Source of the DNA: an uncultured Alphaproteobacteria bacterium | Lineage (GTDB): Bacteria > Pseudomonadota > Alphaproteobacteria > Rhizobiales > Rhodomicrobiaceae | Direction: 5' to 3' | Assembly (NCBI GenBank): GCA_963772335.1 | Contig: CAVYXF010000001.1 | Coordinates: forward strand, 1,271,853-1,335,852 | Length of the DNA stretch: 64,000 nt | Shown: positions 57,990-64,000 of the stretch, in pieces | How positions within the stretch are numbered: position 1 is the first letter of the stretch | Layout: each line of letters starts with the position of its first letter | The notes under the pieces: model-generated | Told to the model about the DNA's origin: nothing | Database searches by the model: none | The model's input: the letters and a program-made list of their open reading frames with translations, nothing else | Position numbers and translations under genes: made by a program

Positions 57990-59669
57990 ATGACAGATGT
58001 TCGCTCTACGAGAGATGAGTTCCTGGCCTTGTCGGATCTGCTGGCGATCGTCGGCACGTTGGCTGGTGCCATACTTGGTCTGGTGCTGGTGTTTCAGGCG
58101 GCTGACCCCGTCATGGCTTTCCATGGCGCCGTGTTCGGTGCGGCCGGCCTTGGTGCCTGCTTTTTCCTTCTGATTAAAACTTTTGATAACGGCACGCTGG
58201 CCGGCAAGCGCTTCAAGGCTGATGACAGTCCCTATAATGACGGAGTGGTAAAGGCCGGAGCCATTGCCACGGTGGCCTGGGGCATTGTCGGCTTCCTGGT
58301 CGGCGTCATCATCGCCTGGCAGCTCGCCTTCCCGAACCTCAATCTGGACCTTCCCTGGACCAGCTTCGGGCGTCTGCGGCCGGTGCACACTTCCGCGGTG
58401 ATCTTCGCCTTCGGCGGCAATGCGCTGCTCGCAACCTCGTTCTATGTCGTGCAACGCACCAGCCATGCGCGGCTCGCCGGACGCTGGGCACCCTGGTTCG
58501 TGTTCTGGGGTTATCAGCTGTTCCTGGTAATCGCGGCATCGGGCTATATCCTCGGTGTTACCGAGGGCCGCGAATATGCCGAGCCGGAATGGTACGCCGA
58601 TCTTTGGCTCACCGTCGTGTGGGTCGTCTATTTGCTCGTTTTCTTGGGCACCCTCGCCAGGCGGAAAGAGCCGCACATTTACGTGGCGAACTGGTTCTAT
58701 CTCTCCTTCATCGTCACGATAGCGATGCTGCACATCGTCAACAATCTCTCGCTGCCGGTCTCCCTCACCGGCACCAAAAGCGTGAGCGCGTTTTCCGGCG
58801 TGCAGGATGCGATGACGCAGTGGTGGTACGGCCATAATGCGGTGGGTTTCTTCCTCACCGCCGGCTTCCTCGGCATGATGTACTACTTTATCCCGAAACG
58901 CGCCGAGCGGCCGGTCTACTCCTACAAGCTCTCCATCGTGCACTTCTGGTCGCTGATCTTCCTCTACATCTGGGCCGGCCCGCATCATCTGCACTATACG
59001 GCTCTCCCCGACTGGGCGCAGACGCTGGGCATGACCTTCTCGATCATGCTGTGGATGCCGTCGTGGGGCGGAATGATCAACGGTCTGATGACGCTGTCAG
59101 GTGCCTGGGACAAGCTGCGCACCGATCCGGTGATCCGCTTCCTGGTGGTCTCCGTCGCCTTTTATGGCATGTCGACCTTCGAGGGGCCGCTGATGAGCGT
59201 GAAGGCAGTGAACTCGCTCTCGCACTACACCGACTGGACCATCGGCCACGTGCACTCCGGTGCTTTGGGCTGGGTGGCGATGATCTCCTTCGGCGCGGTC
59301 TATTGCATGGTGCCCTGGCTGTGGAAGCGCCCGCGCCTTTACTCCATGCGCCTCGTCGAATGGCATTTCTGGGTCTCGACCCTCGGCATCTTGCTCTACA
59401 TCACCGCGATGTGGGTGTCGGGTATCACGCAGGGCCTGATGTGGCGCGCCTATGACAGCCTCGGCTTCCTGCAATACGCCTTCGTCGAAACGGTGGAAGC
59501 CATGCATCCCTACTATGCGATCCGCGCAACTGGCGGGACGCTGTTCTTCCTCGGCTCGCTGATCATGGCCTACAACATCTGGCGCACCATTCGCGGCGAT
59601 CTTGCCGAAGCGCTCGAGGAGACGCCGCAGGCCATCCCCAGCAGCGCCGTGTCAACCGCCGCTGAATGA
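57990..59669 (+). CDS. ccoN: cbb3-type cytochrome c oxidase subunit I
   Basis: 12+ TM, with heme/Cu ligand His residues in conserved contexts ([16 protein letters not shown] ...). Confidence 0.95.
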   Translation: MTDVRSTRDEFLALSDLLAIVGTLAGAILGLVLVFQAADPVMAFHGAVFGAAGLGACFFLLIKTFDNGTLAGKRFKADDSPYNDGVVKAGAIATVAWGIVGFLVGVIIAWQLAFPNLNLDLPWTSFGRLRPVHTSAVIFAFGGNALLATSFYVVQRTSHARLAGRWAPWFVFWGYQLFLVIAASGYILGVTEGREYAEPEWYADLWLTVVWVVYLLVFLGTLARRKEPHIYVANWFYLSFIVTIAMLHIVNNLSLPVSLTGTKSVSAFSGVQDAMTQWWYGHNAVGFFLTAGFLGMMYYFIPKRAERPVYSYKLSIVHFWSLIFLYIWAGPHHLHYTALPDWAQTLGMTFSIMLWMPSWGGMINGLMTLSGAWDKLRTDPVIRFLVVSVAFYGMSTFEGPLMSVKAVNSLSHYTDWTIGHVHSGALGWVAMISFGAVYCMVPWLWKRPRLYSMRLVEWHFWVSTLGILLYITAMWVSGITQGLMWRAYDSLGFLQYAFVETVEAMHPYYAIRATGGTLFFLGSLIMAYNIWRTIRGDLAEALEETPQAIPSSAVSTAAE

Positions 59670-60415
59670 GGAGCACTCCAATGAAACTATCGCATGCAAT
59701 TCTGGAGAAGAACTCCATCCTGCTCCTCGTCGGCATTCTCATCGTCGTTGCCGTCGGCGGACTGGTCGAGATCGCACCCTTATTCTGGATCGGCTCGACC
59801 ATCGAGAAGGTGCAGGGTATGCGGCCCTATTCGCCGCTGGAACTGGCGGGCCGTGACATCTATGTCCGGGAAGGCTGCTATCTCTGCCATAGCCAGATGG
59901 TCCGCTCGCTGCGCGACGAGGTGGAGCGCTATGGCCACTACAGCCTTGCCGCCGAGAGCATGTACGACCATCCGTTCCAGTGGGGCTCCAAGCGCACCGG
60001 CCCGGACCTCGCCCGCGTCGGCGGCAAGTATTCGGACGACTGGCATGTCGCGCATATGACCAACCCGCGCAGCGTCGTGCCCGAATCGGTGATGCCGTCC
60101 TATTCGTGGCTCGGCAAGCGCAAGCTGGACTACGCCGATGTTGCCGAGAAGCTGAAGACGCATCGCGCGGTCGGGGTGCCTTATAGCGAGGAGATGATCC
60201 AGAACGCCAAGGCTGACGTCGAGGCACAGGTCAATCCGGACAGCGATGGCGCCAAGGCGCTCGCCGCACGCTACCCGAAGGCGCAGGTCCGCACCTTCGA
60301 CGGCGGCGATCCCTCGCGTGTCACCGAGCTTGATGCCCTGATCGCCTATCTGCAGATGCTCGGCACCCTCGTCGATTTTGCCAAATTCGACGAGGAAGGA
60401 CCCAACCTGCGTTAG
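59666..60415 (+). CDS. ccoO: cbb3-type cytochrome c oxidase subunit II (monoheme)
   Basis: N-terminal TM and a CYLCHS heme-binding motif. Confidence 0.9.
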   Translation: MRSTPMKLSHAILEKNSILLLVGILIVVAVGGLVEIAPLFWIGSTIEKVQGMRPYSPLELAGRDIYVREGCYLCHSQMVRSLRDEVERYGHYSLAAESMYDHPFQWGSKRTGPDLARVGGKYSDDWHVAHMTNPRSVVPESVMPSYSWLGKRKLDYADVAEKLKTHRAVGVPYSEEMIQNAKADVEAQVNPDSDGAKALAARYPKAQVRTFDGGDPSRVTELDALIAYLQMLGTLVDFAKFDEEGPNLR

Positions 60416-60426
60416 AGGGGCCCGCC

Positions 60427-60612
60427 ATGACCTACGAAGCGATACGAAGTTGGGCCGGTATGGCTGGCCTCTTCATCTTCATTGCCCTGTTCATCCTTGT
60501 GCTCGTCTATGTGTTCTGGCCCGGCAACAAGGACAATTTCGAGCGCGCCCGGCGCGTTCCCCTGGAAGAAGATCCCGACGAAATTAAGCGGAGTGAAGAC
60601 CATGGCCGTTAA
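60427..60612 (+). CDS. ccoQ: cbb3 oxidase small subunit CcoQ/FixQ
   Basis: 61-aa single-TM protein between ccoO and ccoP. Confidence 0.6.
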   Translation: MTYEAIRSWAGMAGLFIFIALFILVLVYVFWPGNKDNFERARRVPLEEDPDEIKRSEDHGR

Positions 60613-61468
60613 ACAAGACGTTGATCATGTGACTGGCGTCGAAACCACCGGTCATGAGTGGGACGGCATCAAGGAGCTGAACAAGCCTCTGCCGAGCTGG
60701 TGGCTGTGGGTGTTCTACGCAACCGTTGTCTGGTCGATCGGCTATTGGGTCGTCTATCCGGCCTGGCCGACGCTCTCCGGCTATACGCAGGGCATCTGGG
60801 GCTATAGTCAGCGCCAGCAGGTGATGGAGAGCGTCGCCGCCGCCAAGGCTGCCCAGGCTGGCATGGGCGATGCGCTCGCCAAAGCTTCGCTTGCGGAAAT
60901 CAAGGCTGATCCCAAACTGCTCGAAGCTGCGATCGCCGGCGGGCGCACGGCTTTCGGCGACAATTGCGCACCATGCCATGGCCGCGGCGCGCAGGGAGCG
61001 AAGGGCTACCCCAATCTCAATGATGACGACTGGATTTGGGGCGGCACGCTCGAGGACATTCACCAGACCGTCACCAATGGCATCCGCAACGGCTCGGCCG
61101 ATGCGCGCGATAGCGCCATGCCGCGCTTCGCCGACGGCATGCTCGATGCCAAGCAGATCTCCGATACCGCCGAATATGTGCTCTCCCTTTCCGACAAGAG
61201 CACGGATGCCGCGGCCGCCGAGCGCGGCAAGGCGCTCTTTGCCGACAATTGCATCGCCTGCCATGGCGATGACGGCAAGGGAAATCGCGATGTCGGCGCG
61301 CCCAATCTGACAGACGCGATCTGGCTTTATGGCTCGACCAAGGCCGATGTCGCCAAGAGCATCGAAACCGGCCGCGGCGGCGTGATGCCGAACTGGGCGG
61401 CGCGGCTGGATGAGGGCACGATCAAGAAACTGGCCGTCTATGTCCACTCGCTGGGTGGCGGCCAATAA
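60602..61468 (+). CDS. ccoP: cbb3-type cytochrome c oxidase subunit III (diheme)
   Basis: Two CxxCH motifs (CAPCHG, CIACHG) and an N-terminal TM. Confidence 0.9.
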   Translation: MAVKQDVDHVTGVETTGHEWDGIKELNKPLPSWWLWVFYATVVWSIGYWVVYPAWPTLSGYTQGIWGYSQRQQVMESVAAAKAAQAGMGDALAKASLAEIKADPKLLEAAIAGGRTAFGDNCAPCHGRGAQGAKGYPNLNDDDWIWGGTLEDIHQTVTNGIRNGSADARDSAMPRFADGMLDAKQISDTAEYVLSLSDKSTDAAAAERGKALFADNCIACHGDDGKGNRDVGAPNLTDAIWLYGSTKADVAKSIETGRGGVMPNWAARLDEGTIKKLAVYVHSLGGGQ

Positions 61469-61571
61469 ACCGTCCGAATGGACGGTGGAGGCTGAGCGAT
61501 CGGCTGCATCCCGGGGGGAAGGCCTTGAGCGCTCAGCCTCGCACCCTTGCGGACCCGAGCGGAGGTTAGCA

Positions 61572-63095
61572 ATGACTGCCTTGCCAAGCGCAATTGACAC
61601 GAAATCGCCGCGCCAAGCGGTAACCGGGGAGGCTGCTCCAGGTATTGCGAGAGCCGAGGCGGAGGCCGTGAACGCGCGCGAGACGCGCTCGCTCTATGCA
61701 GCCCGCGAGCCGATCTATTCCAAGCTCGCCTCGGGAAAATTCCGGCGCATCAAATGGGCGGTGATGGGGGTCACGCTCGGCATCTATTATCTGCTGCCCT
61801 GGCTGCGCTGGAATCGCGGCCCGAACCTGCCCGATCAAGCCTTCCTGCTCGACTTCGCCCATCAGCGCCTCTATCTGTTCGGCGTCGAGATCTGGGCCCA
61901 GGAGCTGTATTTCATCACCGGCATCCTGATCCTATCGGCGCTGGCGCTGTTCCTCGTTACTGCGCTCGCCGGCCGCGTCTGGTGCGGCTATGCCTGTCCG
62001 CAGACGGTGTGGACCGACCTGATGATTGCGGTGGAGCGCTTCTGGCAGGGCGACCGCAATGCGCGGATGCGTCTCGCCAAGGCGCCATGGAGCTTCGAGA
62101 AAGTCTGGAAGCTGGGCGTCACCCATCTTTCCTGGCTGGGGATTGCGCTCGCAACGGGCGGCGCCTTCGTCTTCTATTTCCGTGACGCGCCGACGCTCGC
62201 TTATGAGTTTCTCACCTTCGACGCTCCGGCGATCTCCTATGTGTTCCTCGGCGTTTTCACCGGCACGACTTATCTCCTCGGCGGCATCGCCCGCGAACAG
62301 GTCTGCACCTATATGTGCCCGTGGCCGCGCATCCAGGGCGCCATGTTCGATGCCGACTCCTTGCTGATCACCTATCGCGGCTTCCGCGGCGAGCCACGCG
62401 GTCCGCACAAGAAGGGCGAGAGCTGGGAAGGACGGGGCGATTGCATCGACTGCAAGCAGTGCGTGGCGGTCTGCCCGATGGGCATCGACATCCGCCATGG
62501 GCCGCAGCTCGAATGCATCCAGTGCGCCCTGTGTATCGATGCGTGCGACGAAATCATGGACAAGGTCGGACGCCCCCGGAAACTGATCGCTTACGATACC
62601 TTTCGCAATCTGGAAGCCGAGAGCCACGGCGACCTCGCGCCGATCCGGCTGATCCGGCCGCGCACGATGCTTTACAGCGCGATGCTGGCGATCGTTGCGG
62701 CGGTGATGCTGCTCGCCTTCTCGCATAAGAGCGTGCTCGATGTGAATGTGCTGCGCGATCGCAATCCGCTTTATGTGCAGCTTGCCGATGGCGGCCTGCG
62801 CAACGGCTACACCATCAAGCTGCTCAACAAATCCTATGAGACGCGCAATTACCGCCTCTCCCTTGACGGCCTCCCAGGTGCGACGCTTACTATTGTCGGC
62901 GTGGAGAATGGAGCCCAGTCCAAACTGGCCGTCGCTCCCGACGATCTGCGCGCCGTCAAAGCCTATGTGATGCTGCCGCGCGATGCGGCGCGCCAGTTGC
63001 CTGCTGCGCAGAATGCGATGGCCTTTGTCATCGAAGACCTCAGCGCTGGCAGTCAGACCCGCCACCCGACCACCTTCCGGGGACCTGAGAAATGA
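61572..63095 (+). CDS. ccoG: cbb3 oxidase accessory 4Fe-4S ferredoxin-type membrane protein
   Basis: CGYACPQ ... CTYMCPWPR ... CIDCKQCVAVCP ... CIQCALCIDACD cysteine clusters. Confidence 0.9.
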   Translation: MTALPSAIDTKSPRQAVTGEAAPGIARAEAEAVNARETRSLYAAREPIYSKLASGKFRRIKWAVMGVTLGIYYLLPWLRWNRGPNLPDQAFLLDFAHQRLYLFGVEIWAQELYFITGILILSALALFLVTALAGRVWCGYACPQTVWTDLMIAVERFWQGDRNARMRLAKAPWSFEKVWKLGVTHLSWLGIALATGGAFVFYFRDAPTLAYEFLTFDAPAISYVFLGVFTGTTYLLGGIAREQVCTYMCPWPRIQGAMFDADSLLITYRGFRGEPRGPHKKGESWEGRGDCIDCKQCVAVCPMGIDIRHGPQLECIQCALCIDACDEIMDKVGRPRKLIAYDTFRNLEAESHGDLAPIRLIRPRTMLYSAMLAIVAAVMLLAFSHKSVLDVNVLRDRNPLYVQLADGGLRNGYTIKLLNKSYETRNYRLSLDGLPGATLTIVGVENGAQSKLAVAPDDLRAVKAYVMLPRDAARQLPAAQNAMAFVIEDLSAGSQTRHPTTFRGPEK

Positions 63096-63592
63096 CGGCC
63101 ATATCCATCAAAGAGCTCACGGGCAAGCATGTCCTCATCGTCTGTTTCGCGTTTTTCGGCGTCATGCTGGCGGTGAATAGCCTCTTCGTGTTCTATGCGG
63201 TCTCGACCTTTAATGGTGGCGAGGGCGGCAGGGCCTACCAGAAAGGGCTCGACTACAATCAGACCATTGCTGAGGCCCGCGCCCAGGATTCTCTCGGCTG
63301 GTCCTATTGGATCGAGGCCGGTATAGCCGGCCAAATCGCCATCGTGCTGAAGGACAAAGGCGGCGCGCCGGTCACGGGCCTGGTGCTCAGCGGCGAGATC
63401 GCACGGCCGGTCTCAGAGAAGTTTACCCGGGCGCTCACCTTCCGCGAGGCGAAGCCCGGCACCTATGCCGCTGACGTGGGACCTCTCAATGCCGGGAGCT
63501 GGATCGCAAGCTTTACGGCATTGCGTAGCGCCGAGGCAAAGGACATCGTCTACCGCGGCAAGGAGCGGTTATGGCTGAAGCCCAACTCTTAA
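63092..63592 (+). CDS. fixH: FixH/CcoH family protein
   Basis: Single N-terminal TM, ~165 aa, positioned between ccoG and the P-type ATPase. Confidence 0.7.
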   Translation: MTAISIKELTGKHVLIVCFAFFGVMLAVNSLFVFYAVSTFNGGEGGRAYQKGLDYNQTIAEARAQDSLGWSYWIEAGIAGQIAIVLKDKGGAPVTGLVLSGEIARPVSEKFTRALTFREAKPGTYAADVGPLNAGSWIASFTALRSAEAKDIVYRGKERLWLKPNS

Positions 63593-64000
63593 GTCGCGTC
63601 CCGGCCGCCGCCGGGCGGGATGAGGCCGTCTCGCAGTCCGCGACGTTCAGCGTCGAGAACATGAACTGTGGCGGCTGCATGGCCAAAATCGAGCGTGTGC
63701 TGAATGCGCAGCCCGCCGTTGCCGCGGCCCGCGCCAATCTCAGCGCCAAGCGGGTGACGGTCACCTTCGATCCGCAGCGCAGCACGACAGCGATGCTGCT
63801 CACGGTGCTCGAGGCGGCCGGATTCACCGCCGCCGAGTTCATCGCGACCGATATGAGCGGGGAGGAAAAGCTCGCCCGAGAATTTCTCGGCCGCCTGGGC
63901 GTTGCCGGCTTCGCGGCGATGAACATCATGCTGCTTTCTGTCTCCGTCTGGTCGGGGGCGGAAAGCATGGACCCGGCGACGCGCAGCCTGTTCCACTGGC
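63571..64000 (+). CDS. ccoI: Copper-translocating P-type ATPase FixI/CcoI, 3'-truncated by window edge
   Basis: N-terminal HMA metal-binding domain with MNCGGCMAKIE. The frame is open to the window end. Confidence 0.8.
   Translation, partial: MAEAQLLSRVPAAAGRDEAVSQSATFSVENMNCGGCMAKIERVLNAQPAVAAARANLSAKRVTVTFDPQRSTTAMLLTVLEAAGFTAAEFIATDMSGEEKLAREFLGRLGVAGFAAMNIMLLSVSVWSGAESMDPATRSLFHW

Noticed and set aside
57987-63065. Long - strand ORFs across ccoN, ccoP and ccoG (57987..58994, 60584..61600, 61932..63065)
   Set aside because: Antisense to unambiguous cytochrome oxidase genes.
1-64000. CRISPR arrays, transposases, integrases, prophage genes
   Set aside because: Searched for regularly spaced direct repeats and for DDE/tyrosine-recombinase-like ORFs; none found. 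The only tandem repeats are intragenic (18880-19270 and 49560-50000).

Overview
High-GC (~65%) alphaproteobacterial chromosomal segment, Rhizobiales-like judging by gene content. Most of it is housekeeping or adaptive metabolism. There is a partial BatA/DUF4159-type membrane-protein pair, two GGDEF/EAL c-di-GMP proteins, and an emrR-emrA-emrB (MarR/HlyD/MFS) efflux operon. Also present are acetyl-CoA synthetase (acs) with, 36 kb away, a Pat-type bifunctional protein acetyltransferase. Class II B12-dependent ribonucleotide reductase (nrdJ) has a ~650 bp leader, next to a FecCD/BtuCDF-type ABC importer operon headed by mop and a TsaA-like gene. The molybdate locus is modE-modABC, with a ModE-box-like triple CTATATA operator. 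Further features are a LacI-regulated sugar ABC transporter, a BLUF photoreceptor followed by a degenerate-GGDEF/EAL protein (PapB/PapA-like pair), a universal stress protein, and the complete cbb3 oxidase cluster ccoNOQP-ccoGH(I) with a perfect FixK/FNR anaerobox. The most unusual element is an 813-aa cytoplasmic protein fusing a chymotrypsin-fold serine protease (H/D/GDSG triad) to an S1/P1-nuclease/Zn-phospholipase-C-type domain (WGxxGH ... HYIGDxxQPLH). It sits on a ~3.3 kb islet bounded by AT-rich intergenic DNA just downstream of the efflux operon. Other oddities are two tandem degenerate tRNA-like elements (one with an Ala-type G3:U70 acceptor but no anticodon arm, one 5'-truncated with a Leu-UAG anticodon loop on a class-I body), a ~150 bp duplicated thioesterase 3' end flanking a two-gene FAD-oxidase/AraC module, and two secreted low-complexity proteins built from (V)RDHR / RERR-type repeats. 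No CRISPR array, transposase or integrase was seen.
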